This document shows, in pieces, positions 24,201-33,365 of a DNA stretch of 64,000 nt; position 1 is the stretch's first letter; each line of letters begins with the position of its first letter. The stretch is taken from IMG/VR virus record IMGVR_UViG_3300030376_005178; one strand, given 5' to 3'. A program made the position numbers and the translations under genes. This DNA comes from an uncultured virus (IMG/VR IMGVR_UViG_3300030376_005178). Lineage: Duplodnaviria > Heunggongvirae > Uroviricota > Caudoviricetes. The notes beneath the pieces were generated by a model that searched no databases, was not told the DNA's origin, and saw only the letters and a program-made list of their open reading frames with translations.

Positions 24201-27200
24201 GTGTATTATCAGATGGATATCCAAATACATCATCTGGTACAGTTACTTCTGCTAATTTGTTGATATTTTCAGATGTTGGTAATAATGTAGCGTTAATTCC
24301 AGAACCACCAATGCTAGAAATACCTGGAAGTGAATCATAGTTAAATCCACCACTGGTAATCTTTACTGTCGAGATACCACCAGAAGCAGCAGAAGATTTA
24401 GTAGTATATTGAATTACATCACAATCACCCCTCTTGTATTGTAAAGATTCTGGAGTAAATCGTAAATTGATCTCAAATTCAGTATTTCCTATTCCAGTAA
24501 TACCATAAGAACCAGTATATGAACTATCTACATATTTGATCTGAGAATTGTTAATTGGACTGTCATCTGCAGTAGATAATCCACTAGGACCAAATATATT
24601 GTAGAATATAATTTTAGGAGATATTGGTGAGTGCTTTAATGTTACAGTTGGGTGATATTTGTTATCAGCAGTAGGAAGTGTAGATCCAATACCAACAGTT
24701 GCAAATGTAGTAACTCCTACAACCTCAAATCCTTCACTTGTACCCGATCCAACAAATTCATTAAAGAAATTGCTATCATAATAGAATTTAAGATCATATC
24801 CAGTTAAAGTCGGATCACTTAGATCAAAAACAAGATCATTATTGGCATAAGGTCTTAATTTTGGATTAATTGGATTAATCGATTGACCAGCACCACCTTG
24901 AGAGGATATATCTACAACATTAGGAGTTCCAGTAGATTCTTTATAAGTATCTGCTAATTGAAGTGTATTATCATCTATTTTGACAATAAAGTACTCTCTT
25001 TGTTCTACTCCATCTGGAAGACTGGTTCCATAGTATAAAACTCTATCTCCATTAACCAATCCATGATCATTTGAGGTAATTCTATTAGTAATGGTGTTTA
25101 TTCCAGATACCGCAATATCAAGAGGATTAGTTACAAGATAATCATCAATAACCTTCAATTTAGTAAATGTTGTAGTACCTATACCAGTAGCAAGACCAGG
25201 CTTAACGATTAAATCAATAATATCATCATCTCTTAATCCATGAGCATCCGTAGTCTGAATTGTTGCAGCAGTTCTTTGTACAGTACCAGTAACTTGTTTT
25301 TCTGGTTTGTAAGTGAAAGAATAATCCCAAATTTGAGTAGCAGGAACACTAGTGAAATAAATCGGGGTACTAGTCTTAGTTGTCTTAATACCGATGGTAT
25401 CTTTGCTTTTCTTTACTGCAAAAATGTCTGTTGACCCAAGATTGAAGGTACTAGAAGATCCTTCTGTTACTTTACATGGTATAGCAGCACCAGAAGTACC
25501 AACAGCAAATTCAACGGTATCATTAGTATTAAGTCCATGATCTTCGAGATAAATCTCTCCAGTAAGGACAGAAAGGAATGTAGTAACTCCCAAATACTGT
25601 TTTTCTAGAGAAACAGATGCTCCTGTAAAAGTGCCAATACCAATTGATTGTTTTGGATTGAAATATATCGTTCTATCTTGTTTAGATTCAAATATAGGGG
25701 TTGTTATAGGAACTTCAATTTGATTAGTGAAATATGACAATCCAAGTCCAACTATTCCAGAAGTAGAAACTCCAAGACTTCTACGAATTCTTAATGCACT
25801 ATCATCTCTAAAGATATTAAGAATCTGAGCAGTTTCTGATCCAATACCAACAGTTGTACCAACACCAACTGGATTTGGAAGAACTGAAGAGAATCCAACT
25901 GTAGCACCAACAGAAATAGTAGGTGGAATATATTGTACTCTAATATCAGTCACTAAACCGACAAATCCATCTTCTAATAGAGTAGTTGAATATTCTACTA
26001 GACTAACATTATGAGATGCATCCAATTTATCAATACTAGTTGATAATCCTGCAATTTGAACATAATTGTTCAATTTTAATGTATGATATGGCTCAATATG
26101 CCCAATAACCTTATTTCGCTCCCATGTAAAGACTACATCTTCATATTTTTGAGCATTTGTTGTAATTTTAGTAATATCTTGTCCTAAAATTGTATCTACA
26201 ACTGCAGATGCACCACTACCACCTGTTCCATCATTCTCAAAGTTAATAACAGCACCTACAGTATATCCTGTACCTGGTGAAGTTATTCTGATATTATCAA
26301 TAGATCCAGAAAGGATTCTATCAGGATATGCAATATTAGGTAACTTCTTATAAGGTTGATATACGAAATCATATGATGCTCCATCCCCAAACATGCTATA
26401 TGGGAATGTATTTCTTACTAATTTTGAATTTTCAAAATCATAGTTAGTTTGTTTTATCTTTTCACCAGCAACCGTATTAACTTTTAATGCAAATCCCCTA
26501 TAAGTATCGCCAAGATAGTAAGGGAACTGCGGTACTAGTAAATTATCAACAGAAGCAAAATATGCATATACACCTTCTTCAAAATCAGGTGTTTTACAGA
26601 ATCTACCATTATGTTCATCTAAATCGCCACTTGAATCATAATAATAATCTTCAATAAAGAATCCTGCTTCATATTCGGTCAAAGATGGTCTATTAGGAAC
26701 TCTAGTAGCATCTAACTTGTAAGAAGATACCATTCTTCTAGAAGAAGACTGAATATTATCTGCATCATCTAATCCATAAGGACCATAAATTGGATTTCCA
26801 TCATATGCCCATCCAATAATAGGAGAATGACCAGTACCATCATCATTGAATGCATTTCTAACAGTTGCACCATATGCAACACTTTCAATTGCTAATCCAT
26901 CTTCAACAGGGACAAGATAATCGCCATTTATTGTACCACTAGTGCTATATTTGTTAGCAACTAATTGTCTAACCCTAGTAGAGAAAGTAGCAGAATTACC
27001 AGGTGCATTAACACCAACTGATGTTGTAGAAGAAGCATATCCAACACCTGATGATAAAACTACAACACTATCAATCTCATTACCCTTCATAACTGCACGG
27101 AGTTTTGCTCCATTTGCAGTACCGACACCACTTACCGTTAATTCTGGAGGACCATCATAATTAGTTCCTCTTGCTTGTACAAATGCATCTACAATTCTTC

Positions 27201-30200
27201 CATTAACAATAATTAATCCAATTTGTCCAAATGCACCATAATTTACATCAACTGAAGGTGCTTTTTCAAAATTGATAATATTAGAACCATAATCTTGACC
27301 TCTATCATAAAGAATAGTATCTACAACCTTACCACGAACAATAGGGTTCGATTCTAGGGTCTGAGGAGTATTAGCATCTGTAATAATATTGATATCAACC
27401 GTTACAGGAGGATAGAAGAAATCTTGATACCCAGTTCCAGAGCCATCAAATCTAATATACTCTTTATTCAGATAATTTGTCTTATCTGGAGTTCTTGTAG
27501 TAGCAATACCAGAGTAACATAATCTAAAACGATCATCATCAATCTTTAATACTTGATATTGTGAATTTGTAGTTAATCCAGTAATTACTGTACCTCCAGT
27601 ACTGGAGATTCCATAATGAACTACTTCTCCATCATTAAATCCATGATCATCAAATTCTACAAAATCTCTAAAGGTACTAACTCCTGTAGGTGCAACAGAT
27701 ATTCTTCTATTGGTATATCCAGATCCACCATCAAGTATATTAACTCTAGAAATACGGCGTTTGTTATAATAATCATTAAATTGATGAATACCAGTATTTA
27801 AATCAGCAGAAGTTGATCCAAACCCAACAGTATTAACACCAGCAACTGAATCAGATTTTGATCTATAAAGTTTGAATATTGTTGCACTCGTAATACCAAC
27901 ATAATAAGATTGACCTTCGACTAAACAAGTATCAATACCAGCAGAAGTTACAGTATGAAGACCAATTACATTATTATTATTTGAACTATAAAGTACCCTA
28001 TCACCTGTCTTATAAAAATGCTCTTTATCCATTATAAATCTGTCACTCATCCAATCAATGTTACCACCGTTGTAGAATGACTTCGCATTAAATGTAAATT
28101 GCCTATATGTTAACTCTGTTATTGGTTGAGCAATTGCTCCAGATCCATTTCCTCCATGAATGTCTACAGATACAACATTCTTGATCTCATAATCAATAGG
28201 ATCTATTAAAACATCAGTAATAGTTCCACCAATAGATAATCTACCAACAGCAGTGTTAATTCCAGTAGAACTATCCTCAATTGTTATTGAAGGTGGATTA
28301 AGAACATCATAATTAGTACCAGGATTAACAATATCTAAATTCTTTAACGGACCATAGTAAATATATTTGTCTGACTTATAATTGGTAATTTCAACACCAT
28401 TAATCAACATTCCAGTGTTACCATCAAGGGTTACTTCGGAAGTTGTTTTTTGCTGTACACCAACAGTTAAATCTTGATCAAGAATGAATCTTTTAAGAGC
28501 TCTTGCAGGGAAAATAGATCTTCTAGCTTGTTCTATACGAACAAAATCATGAATTCCTGTAGGAACATTAGGAGGAACAAATTCAACAGATATACCAGAA
28601 GGAATAAAGGATCTGGATGGATATAACTTAATTTTATTCTTTTGTGTAAGTACTTCAACAAAATAAGAATCTTTTGTCAGTCCACCAATAGGAACAGTTC
28701 CACCGCTAGGCACATAAGCAATTTCTTCACCTGTTCTAAAGGGAACATCTTGTCCAAATGATATAATAGTAAATTTATCAGTTAAAGTATTATACCCTTG
28801 ATAACTACCACCAGATACGGATGGATTTGTTAAAGTTGCACGAATTTTATCAGTATCAATAGGATATGATGGAATAGAGTTAGAAGCTACAAATGCTTCC
28901 TTTTTAGTACTTTCAGAATACTTAGCATCTAGCACATAAGTGTTAGTAACATCAGATAAAATCTGATTTTGACCACCTACAATAGGAACTGTAGTACTAG
29001 TCGCTTTTTCTTGAAGTCTTCTTATATCATACTGATATCCAGGAGTAGTTGAGAAGACACCTGATATATTGATAGAATTATTTGATGTATTAACATAACT
29101 AACAGTTAAAGGTGACGCTGCTACTGTTTCAGTATTTCTTATAAGCAATTCAATCTTATCACCAGCATTAAGTCTGGATTTATCAATAATTCCAGATAAA
29201 GTAAAGGTAGATCCTGTTAAATCTTCAATCTCGAATCTACTACTAGTGTTATAAACAAAAGAATTGAAGAATATTTCATCCCACTTTTTATTATTTGGTG
29301 GATTCTTAACAAATCTTCCAAGGTTCTTAACTTTAATACGAGAAGTTGGTGTTAAACCATATAAATCCTGAATACTATCAAATTCACTTAAAACACCAGT
29401 TATTCTCATTGTAACTGGTTTTGTGGTAATATTATCCTCGTATCCATATACCAAAGTAGGTGTATAGATCTCAGTAGCTGATGGTATATCAATACCAACA
29501 GTAGATACACCAATAAACTGGTTTACAGTCTTTTCAGTATAATCTAATTTCTGAAAATAAGTGTTTGTGGACAATCCAACTTCAAAAGTACCAGTTTGAC
29601 CAAAACCAATAGTAGAATCAACAGTAAGAACAGTTGCACCAAGTCCAACTCCACCAATTACCTGAGTTTTACCTGGAACAACAAATGTACCATCAATTAA
29701 TGCTCTATCATCATATCCAATAAAGACTGAAATACGATAATAATCATCTCTAATCTGTACAACCTCAGAAACAGGGCCACTTGCAGCATTAACTAAACTA
29801 TTACCTGCTTCATTATCTTGATATAGTGTCTGACCTACTAATTTTAAAGGATCTCCACTAACTACCCTTACAGCAAAGGATTGCCTTCTCAAATAATTGG
29901 CATAAGAGGGTTTTATGAGGTATTTTTCAAGATCATTGATTTTTGGTTCTAAACCAAACAATGCTTTGAATAAAATCTTGAAAGATTCGTCAGTACCCTT
30001 AGATTCGTATAAACTTCTTGCTTCCTTAAGAAAATTATTAACATCTAATGTAGGACTTAAAGCAACACCTTCTAAACCTGGAGCAAACTGCTGTTTTATG
30101 TTATCATAAAACTCCTGAAGGAATAAAACACTTAAATTCTGTATACTAGATCCAGAATCATGAGATGCAGCAATTGTTTGTGTCCATTTTAAATTTTTTG

Positions 30201-30618
30201 GATCATTGATTGCATGATATGAACTAATACCACTAAAACCTCTTACACAACCAGTAAAACTATTTTCAGTTATTCCAGTATAGGTTATAATCTCATCATC
30301 AATCTTTAGTAGACCCCATTCTTGAGGAAATCCCTTAGTATTAGTAGAAACTGTGATAGTATCATCAGTCTCATTAATACTAGAAGCAATCGATACCGAA
30401 CCAGATATAACATCCTTAGTTAAATTGTCAATTTTAATATATTTGTCAATATTTTCACCAATATCGATAGGTCCACCTTGATGCTCCTGAGAAATATAAT
30501 ATTGCTTTAGAAAATCCTCCAAAAGAGGGTTTTCAGTTACCGCAAACTCTGGAGCTTGATCAGTAACTACTTGGTATGTCTTAACTCTGGAGGATAAGGG
30601 GCTATAAGTTTCTATCAT
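15235..30618 (-). CDS. gp7: Baseplate wedge initiator gp7-like giant protein (5127 aa)
   Basis: Lies between gp6 and gp8; YESKGTDESFKILF, HSPIIGWAYDGNPIYGPYG and VHPSGMKNF motifs typical of cyanophage gp7. Confidence 0.85.
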   Translation of the reverse strand: MIETYSPLSSRVKTYQVVTDQAPEFAVTENPLLEDFLKQYYISQEHQGGPIDIGENIDKYIKIDNLTKDVISGSVSIASSINETDDTITVSTNTKGFPQEWGLLKIDDEIITYTGITENSFTGCVRGFSGISSYHAINDPKNLKWTQTIAASHDSGSSIQNLSVLFLQEFYDNIKQQFAPGLEGVALSPTLDVNNFLKEARSLYESKGTDESFKILFKALFGLEPKINDLEKYLIKPSYANYLRRQSFAVRVVSGDPLKLVGQTLYQDNEAGNSLVNAASGPVSEVVQIRDDYYRISVFIGYDDRALIDGTFVVPGKTQVIGGVGLGATVLTVDSTIGFGQTGTFEVGLSTNTYFQKLDYTEKTVNQFIGVSTVGIDIPSATEIYTPTLVYGYEDNITTKPVTMRITGVLSEFDSIQDLYGLTPTSRIKVKNLGRFVKNPPNNKKWDEIFFNSFVYNTSSRFEIEDLTGSTFTLSGIIDKSRLNAGDKIELLIRNTETVAASPLTVSYVNTSNNSINISGVFSTTPGYQYDIRRLQEKATSTTVPIVGGQNQILSDVTNTYVLDAKYSESTKKEAFVASNSIPSYPIDTDKIRATLTNPSVSGGSYQGYNTLTDKFTIISFGQDVPFRTGEEIAYVPSGGTVPIGGLTKDSYFVEVLTQKNKIKLYPSRSFIPSGISVEFVPPNVPTGIHDFVRIEQARRSIFPARALKRFILDQDLTVGVQQKTTSEVTLDGNTGMLINGVEITNYKSDKYIYYGPLKNLDIVNPGTNYDVLNPPSITIEDSSTGINTAVGRLSIGGTITDVLIDPIDYEIKNVVSVDIHGGNGSGAIAQPITELTYRQFTFNAKSFYNGGNIDWMSDRFIMDKEHFYKTGDRVLYSSNNNNVIGLHTVTSAGIDTCLVEGQSYYVGITSATIFKLYRSKSDSVAGVNTVGFGSTSADLNTGIHQFNDYYNKRRISRVNILDGGSGYTNRRISVAPTGVSTFRDFVEFDDHGFNDGEVVHYGISSTGGTVITGLTTNSQYQVLKIDDDRFRLCYSGIATTRTPDKTNYLNKEYIRFDGSGTGYQDFFYPPVTVDINIITDANTPQTLESNPIVRGKVVDTILYDRGQDYGSNIINFEKAPSVDVNYGAFGQIGLIIVNGRIVDAFVQARGTNYDGPPELTVSGVGTANGAKLRAVMKGNEIDSVVVLSSGVGYASSTTSVGVNAPGNSATFSTRVRQLVANKYSTSGTINGDYLVPVEDGLAIESVAYGATVRNAFNDDGTGHSPIIGWAYDGNPIYGPYGLDDADNIQSSSRRMVSSYKLDATRVPNRPSLTEYEAGFFIEDYYYDSSGDLDEHNGRFCKTPDFEEGVYAYFASVDNLLVPQFPYYLGDTYRGFALKVNTVAGEKIKQTNYDFENSKLVRNTFPYSMFGDGASYDFVYQPYKKLPNIAYPDRILSGSIDNIRITSPGTGYTVGAVINFENDGTGGSGASAVVDTILGQDITKITTNAQKYEDVVFTWERNKVIGHIEPYHTLKLNNYVQIAGLSTSIDKLDASHNVSLVEYSTTLLEDGFVGLVTDIRVQYIPPTISVGATVGFSSVLPNPVGVGTTVGIGSETAQILNIFRDDSALRIRRSLGVSTSGIVGLGLSYFTNQIEVPITTPIFESKQDRTIYFNPKQSIGIGTFTGASVSLEKQYLGVTTFLSVLTGEIYLEDHGLNTNDTVEFAVGTSGAAIPCKVTEGSSSTFNLGSTDIFAVKKSKDTIGIKTTKTSTPIYFTSVPATQIWDYSFTYKPEKQVTGTVQRTAATIQTTDAHGLRDDDIIDLIVKPGLATGIGTTTFTKLKVIDDYLVTNPLDIAVSGINTITNRITSNDHGLVNGDRVLYYGTSLPDGVEQREYFIVKIDDNTLQLADTYKESTGTPNVVDISSQGGAGQSINPINPKLRPYANNDLVFDLSDPTLTGYDLKFYYDSNFFNEFVGSGTSEGFEVVGVTTFATVGIGSTLPTADNKYHPTVTLKHSPISPKIIFYNIFGPSGLSTADDSPINNSQIKYVDSSYTGSYGITGIGNTEFEINLRFTPESLQYKRGDCDVIQYTTKSSAASGGISTVKITSGGFNYDSLPGISSIGGSGINATLLPTSENINKLAEVTVPDDVFGYPSDNTLKPDAFIPRVLDIDSFSTIKEVKVKFGGKFYITPPALVLYDKGTGEIVDSGLITCELSDSAVTSAIVSVPPAGLSNNDFGVAPLRNSNGLTILEADAQGGILTCKISTPVLGYVNEPLAIGDSCFVEGITYTSGEGYNSGDYKFTPFRVTAYNDAVNPRQVTFDLNGISTNPGAGVTVTFGFGQITQSSNIAEFEVVKGYSDFIQNEPFKRNDDPFADVQLDFINVNSANIIVSGAEPLNIGDFLIGKLSGSICRITGVTEFDGNFEISSSVKTLVGWRDNIGLVNDTNQVIADNDYYQNMSYAIESPKTYEELITYVNDIVHPSGMKNFANTEIIAEGTPGETNQPAEDAGGLVLDFIGDPMRVDAIYPYDLARDFLSVGNISKFVEFRTTRLADFILNKTNRVLNIDDISPQFVSNESNDLSDYRIVAQYPAGRYFQRWFTQSVHHAEDPRKNQYQLNEFISVTLDEETYLFQKQEMKNYDQVGLSTGYVVFDTTQDPASSSTLLLARPNEPFDTDYEIKSWQQNFSDSIGVGTTAFSNIRLEGRVAQAGAASTLGVSSTTNIIGVSTLTTDAAIVQFLCIDTPGAGSTATPQVDYFEYAVMHNGVDTYLTELSAFNSRQNLSGLSGPNFIGTFTSKIESGILKFDFENGKQRVVNIKSKIIAVDPSVVGPSTDYRFKIPFTPDGTERSGRIEVTSQTKAGIATICGIASIRDLSVKTTVHVAYGATQSIHQLYTLTDPYNQENFITEYPVAAIGSTLGVGTFGSTYRADGHINIEFHPSVAGDVKLTAYNEILYKDLDPNGTIAGIGEINYGEVYENIAQAIYLGINNRDKKSFELTYKGDPIYAQETNIEDPSILNRETGTFSQKHFFSTYEQLTYKPDSNLVGIAGSALVYQTGAGVTGYLPETVYAIKDNNQQYKIALTKNDAISGAAVTFLDSTGTGNKHRFSMRKRDSKSMVSISGLVQKPLSYTSISYDLDVPVAGFVTAFVLSGISSIQSGDLIKLEDEYSIVRTVGFGTTTIGPAVGIGTWTLVEVERGAVGTAATPHAAGETARVFRGSFQILDSNIHFTQAPLGGDTGIINPNNLPYARASFGGRTFLRQDYSKNQLFDDISESFDGLETTYSLASVGSAVTGIGTTGGNGVLFINNIFQAPFSENNVNSNFKIIENAGISSVQFTGISSVGYTTPIIDVGDINENQLPRGGIIVSVASTPGRGYAPFRGARVKPVVNAYGVIESIVGVPTAGFAVGVQTAFYDNVTGIMEVTTVGPHNLRIENPVKLEGMQLDCIGYKHIFRSATSNALIMGGDYVHTWAGGTATNAVNVQSGAESGNEKSPNGSTYDASTGVLTLSFGTAHGMTTGDTITLDANSLTYTCSRDNHATQHTYPRSTDPISGVTTGITTTSTTAFSLNVGISTLVYADVSDVSYNALTGAMTLSIGSTAVGLVYANNNLVGLATESVTMSCDKDNFATNHAYPRVTDPFHNKIGTATTTADSITINVGKSGLGYGSTIGITSFVYDYASGIGTFITDGDHNFTNPNLIGIATGALTFTCEMDGQYSNHTYPRASDPVNDKFLEVREVTQNTFDVFVGITTNVGYTPTDATYTPSTGILDLVIPDHNLMTGTSAKFKDSSLNFACSMDGMVTEHSYPRVTDPYYDTAISVASTTATNVRFNVGTSPTVNYSVTTATYTPSTGFLDLNIGQHALAAQTSIKLATGSLIFRCANDSYISSHAYPRTTIDTQTVNGAVYDANAGIMTVTVVPGGRLIHDGDFIKFDNDSISFKCDMDGGTSTKTYPRSSDPVSGKWLSITGIGTTSFTVNVGKSPIAPYSISSAIYDPTAGIVTATIGDHGFMTGQSIQISPESMSFRCGLDTYQSLHYYPRSSDPGFTTAVSIASTTANSIAFQVLASQPSTNISTHHFVPHEGLTAESGTQYDGAAGIMTVRSANHGLANGDWVLFDTGAVSFTCAKDDYSTTHAYPRETDPYSGKWIKVSNVTTNTFRVNSMSSPDTSDHIFASGVTGAIKRSQIHGGGAYGHTFQAAGVGSMDQKRDRAYDQAIGIHSVGSSSHTATDAVYDPVAGIMTVTVAGHGFMNSDRVKFDTGAISLKCARDAYRIAHAYPRVSDPIHDKWVSIASTTVNTFAVDVGATGPNDQFAHTFDSATTGGIKKQTGYITLQVGVSTDTSEHRYDIGAGYEATNAVVSGGNHTHRFLNATTGAIQYGGNYAHSFVSAAASSLYIDSWSGAALTPTNAVYNPGTGVLQFTAANHGLVKPENFKLAGIGVTCTYGSKTYPSGVQGYYYTVRSVGTTTSFTTFVGVSTLAHPYTGGGIVRVGLTTNIYPDYDEPLDITGIVSARTFRVNAGPSTIPHSYNSGGTAAPWNNLTFGSGYTTNLGTVSIGVSDAVGTGATITAIVGAGGSLIFSVDHAGAGYTSGSRISPPEPTGADLAIVGNYREGLGSTTVSGVGCTITVDVIGLTTNYVGYSSSPEFELFEVSKWDFSKNGYGFKKGDKFNLVGLSTDPDAGDLYIPFEVEVLDIFNDDISAWQFGQLDYIDNIKPFQDGARTRFPLYYQNQLISFEIDNNDMDSREIDLNPVLMIFVNGVLQEPIKHYEFGGGTSISFETAPTTEDDVFIFFYRGTVGADSALFDVNETVKEGDTVELFKSAEIELNRVVKDTTNFSQRDPRIIQRIATASVVETPFYQGGGVNNNDYKPLRWAKQKADIVFGGGLVPKSRDQYEAQITPVANVLTSIASTDTFLYVDHTERFRDIDNGLTDDFGLFVHASSVGFGTTAQAGINWEIWNDIDPLVTDVQGYTGLVTGITTSAGIGTDLGIVFQLDTNDLINSNNSSFVKEFKEGYPFKLYGSGVSPAAGVITSTDTHDSDVIGISTFEVDNIYYASALSWDGSARTGVITCNIHSGTDVSGLVGVGSTLHPAARITWGRFSSAIRDVGYPLNIEVKGLNYNPDLDEWPTAKRTNIGLRNTGALEKRL
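17300..20400 (-). repeat. ~10 tandem ~90-110 aa modules marked by C..D.....H.YPRxxDP in gp7
   Basis: YPRSTDP, YPRVTDP (x2), YPRASDP, YPRTTID, YPRSSDP (x2), YPRETDP, YPRVSDP and YPSGVQG in the translation. Confidence 0.8.
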
Positions 30619-30624
30619 CCTTTT

Positions 30625-32544
30625 TTACGACCTAGTGATGGTTCCATTGGAGTAACTTGAAGTGACTTTATATCCAATTCCAGATATTTGTTGTCCAGAA
30701 GATATTGTGTCTCTCACCATATTTATCTTGGTATTTGACATGTCTAATTGTAAGTACAAATCCTTCAATCCAATGATATCATTAGAATCTGGATATGCTT
30801 GAATTTCAATTAAACCACTTCCACGAGAAGCACCAGTAATATTGATCGTATTAATGACAACTTCACCTTTTAGGTAATCCACAGTACCTGCAGATGGAAT
30901 AACAACAGTTGGATCTTCTCCAGAAAGTTGAGTTAACTGAATTACAGCAATATCTCCTGTTTTTAAGTCCGAATGAGGCAAATCAGTGAAATAAACAGTG
31001 TTTACATTACCTTCAATTGTAAATCCAGTACTTTTTATATTTTTTCCACCTTTATCAACACGGAATGCATTACCGAAGCACAATTCATACTGAGAAAAGG
31101 CATTAAAAACGGGTTTTAGATCTCTTCTAAGAGTTAATTTGGTAATATTTGATGTAATTGCATTATTTGTATCATCTATAGCTCTTAAAGCATCAGAATA
31201 TTTAAATCTACCACCAAATGCATTCAAATTAGTCGATTTTCCATATTCAGTCAATGATTCAGTAACTTGTGCCTTCAATCCTTGGTCATCACTAAAGACA
31301 TTTGAATTAAAGTATGCTGTAGTATCAAGTTCAATATAAAGAATCTTAAGATCGACAATTCTTTGGTTAATTCCTGCAATTGAATAACTCTTCAATCTGT
31401 CCAGAATTTGTACTTTACTAAAATCGGACAAATATGTTGCATTTCTTGGTTTTACACTTAAAATAACAGTACCATATTCAGGAGGATCTAATTCTTCACC
31501 ACCAATAACAGAAACTGACTCTGCATCAGGGAAAACACTCTGTACTATAGCTTCATAATCCTTTGCTGTAACCGCCCTGTATTGCGATGAATAGACTCTA
31601 GGAGCAATATACTTAATAGAGTCCAAATCTTCGATCTCACCGCCTCCTTTAGCGGTTTGAATAGTAGTTAGTACAGGAGTTACTGACGCAGGAAGTGGAT
31701 TTCCAGCATCATCTACTGCATCTGCACTAAATGAGAAGAATTTTCCATCATTTCCGTCTTTCCCATCAGTAATAATGTATGTTACTTCAATAATATCACC
31801 ATTATCAAGTTTCTTACCAAATAATCCATCACCAAAGAGCAATTCATACTTCTCATCTTTAACTTCTTGTAGAAGATAGATGTTAGACTTCTCATTAACA
31901 CTGGTTATATTGTCAATCTTTGAATATTCAAGTCCAGATGTTGATCCTGACTTCCTTATAAAGACTCTAATCGAATCAGTATCAACAAAGGAGTTGTCTA
32001 ATATGAATCTTTGGTCTACACTACCATTTACTGTGAAAAATTTCTTTAAAAGTGTACCTTGGTATATTGTAAGATTTCTAAATTGAGCAGTTCTAGGTGG
32101 ATTTGTTAGAATATTACTTCCTTCATCTACTGGAGAAGCAACAACAATATCTTCTGGAAGAGAAAATGTAAAAGAAGTGTTATTTTGAGCTCCAACTGCT
32201 ACTAAACCTTTGCGTAATCTAACACTATTACTATTTCCGTTAAATTTAAAGTCAAAACTTATAATTGCTTGAGCAGATTTACGAGATCTGGGTACATATC
32301 CAATATTTCTTGCTAGAGAAACGACATTTTCCCTTAAAGTTGCTGAATCCAAGAAGGATTCATTAACTACCATATTACTATTAAACGCTGTAATATAGGT
32401 ATTGTACGCTAATATGTCAATTAAGATCGACATATTTGATCCTTCAAAGTCAAAATCAGTAAAATTACTGTTTGCTCGAAGGTAATCTTTGATTTGTGCC
32501 TTAACTTGGTCAAAATCAAGGTTTGTAAACTTGGTTACTGGCAT
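30625..32544 (-). CDS. gp6: Baseplate wedge subunit gp6
   Basis: FTDFDFEGSNMSILIDILAYNTY, SATLRENVVSLARNIGYVPRS and RAVTAKDYE motifs. Confidence 0.93.
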   Translation of the reverse strand: MPVTKFTNLDFDQVKAQIKDYLRANSNFTDFDFEGSNMSILIDILAYNTYITAFNSNMVVNESFLDSATLRENVVSLARNIGYVPRSRKSAQAIISFDFKFNGNSNSVRLRKGLVAVGAQNNTSFTFSLPEDIVVASPVDEGSNILTNPPRTAQFRNLTIYQGTLLKKFFTVNGSVDQRFILDNSFVDTDSIRVFIRKSGSTSGLEYSKIDNITSVNEKSNIYLLQEVKDEKYELLFGDGLFGKKLDNGDIIEVTYIITDGKDGNDGKFFSFSADAVDDAGNPLPASVTPVLTTIQTAKGGGEIEDLDSIKYIAPRVYSSQYRAVTAKDYEAIVQSVFPDAESVSVIGGEELDPPEYGTVILSVKPRNATYLSDFSKVQILDRLKSYSIAGINQRIVDLKILYIELDTTAYFNSNVFSDDQGLKAQVTESLTEYGKSTNLNAFGGRFKYSDALRAIDDTNNAITSNITKLTLRRDLKPVFNAFSQYELCFGNAFRVDKGGKNIKSTGFTIEGNVNTVYFTDLPHSDLKTGDIAVIQLTQLSGEDPTVVIPSAGTVDYLKGEVVINTINITGASRGSGLIEIQAYPDSNDIIGLKDLYLQLDMSNTKINMVRDTISSGQQISGIGYKVTSSYSNGTITRS

Positions 32545-32549
32545 GTTTT

Positions 32550-32942
32550 CTACCTAGTTGCCTCTAAAATGAAACTAAAAGACTGCAAAGGAACGGGCTG
32601 TCCCACAATTTCATAATTTATAGTTAGTTCAAACTCATTATCATCAGGATTTGGTCTTGCATTTACTATAACATTAGCAACTCTTGGCTCATATAAACCA
32701 ATAATTGATTCTACTTCTCTTGCAATGACACCACCAGTCGCTACATCACAGAAACCAAACAAAAGATCACTAACATCTGATCCAATTTGACTATAAAACC
32801 TTTCCGTAGTCTTTGTTTGTACCAGATTTCTCACGGAACGCATGATAGCTCTCTCGTTTTTCAAGACATTTAAGTCTCCTGTAACAGGATTTGGTTGAAA
32901 ATCGAGGGTTATGTCCTTATATCCTCTGGATTTTGTCGCCAT
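32550..32942 (-). CDS. gp25: Baseplate wedge subunit gp25
   Basis: AIMRSVRNLVQT..ER..GS...LLF and YEPRV motifs of the gp25 family; upstream of gp6. Confidence 0.9.
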   Translation of the reverse strand: MATKSRGYKDITLDFQPNPVTGDLNVLKNERAIMRSVRNLVQTKTTERFYSQIGSDVSDLLFGFCDVATGGVIAREVESIIGLYEPRVANVIVNARPNPDDNEFELTINYEIVGQPVPLQSFSFILEATR

Positions 32943-32969
32943 TGGCGAATTTATAATAGGTATCAGGGT

Positions 32970-32977
32970 TATTTATA
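32970..32977 (-). promoter_or_regulatory. T4-type late promoter TATAAATA for gp25-gp6-gp7
   Basis: Exact consensus 28 nt upstream of the gp25 ATG. Confidence 0.8.
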
Positions 32978-32987
32978 CCCTATATTC

Positions 32988-33365
32988 TCAATTCCAACGA
33001 GTGACTACTAATTCGATGCTATTATCATCCATTTCCCACTCCTCTAACACTTGAAATCCATCATTTTTTATCTGATTGTGGATAGTCATCCTTGCATATT
33101 GTTGTGTAATCTTCTCAATAAACCTTTCTGGGGGAATGGGATCTTTCCATGTTTGAATATCTGCTACTAATTCATATTCTGTTCCATTCCAACGGAACCC
33201 TATATCATCCCCTATAGCAACATCAACCTTTACTTTCTCATGGTTATGATCAATAGGGTTAATTAATAAATGATCCTCCTGTACATCGTACTGAAGGATC
33301 TGTAGTGCTTCTAGTAAAGCAGGTTTTTTAGTTATCTTAGTCTTTATCGTACTGAAATGTGACAT
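32988..33365 (-). CDS. ycf35: Ycf35 / DUF1257 family protein (host-like)
   Basis: MSHFSTIKT...IGFRWNGTEYELVAD...ITQQYA...GF...IELVVTRW matches cyanobacterial/plastid Ycf35. Confidence 0.85.
   Translation of the reverse strand: MSHFSTIKTKITKKPALLEALQILQYDVQEDHLLINPIDHNHEKVKVDVAIGDDIGFRWNGTEYELVADIQTWKDPIPPERFIEKITQQYARMTIHNQIKNDGFQVLEEWEMDDNSIELVVTRWN

Noticed and set aside
329..32086. Many short plus-strand and alternate-frame ORFs in the track
   Set aside because: They are shadows of long minus-strand structural genes, with no family motifs or expression signals
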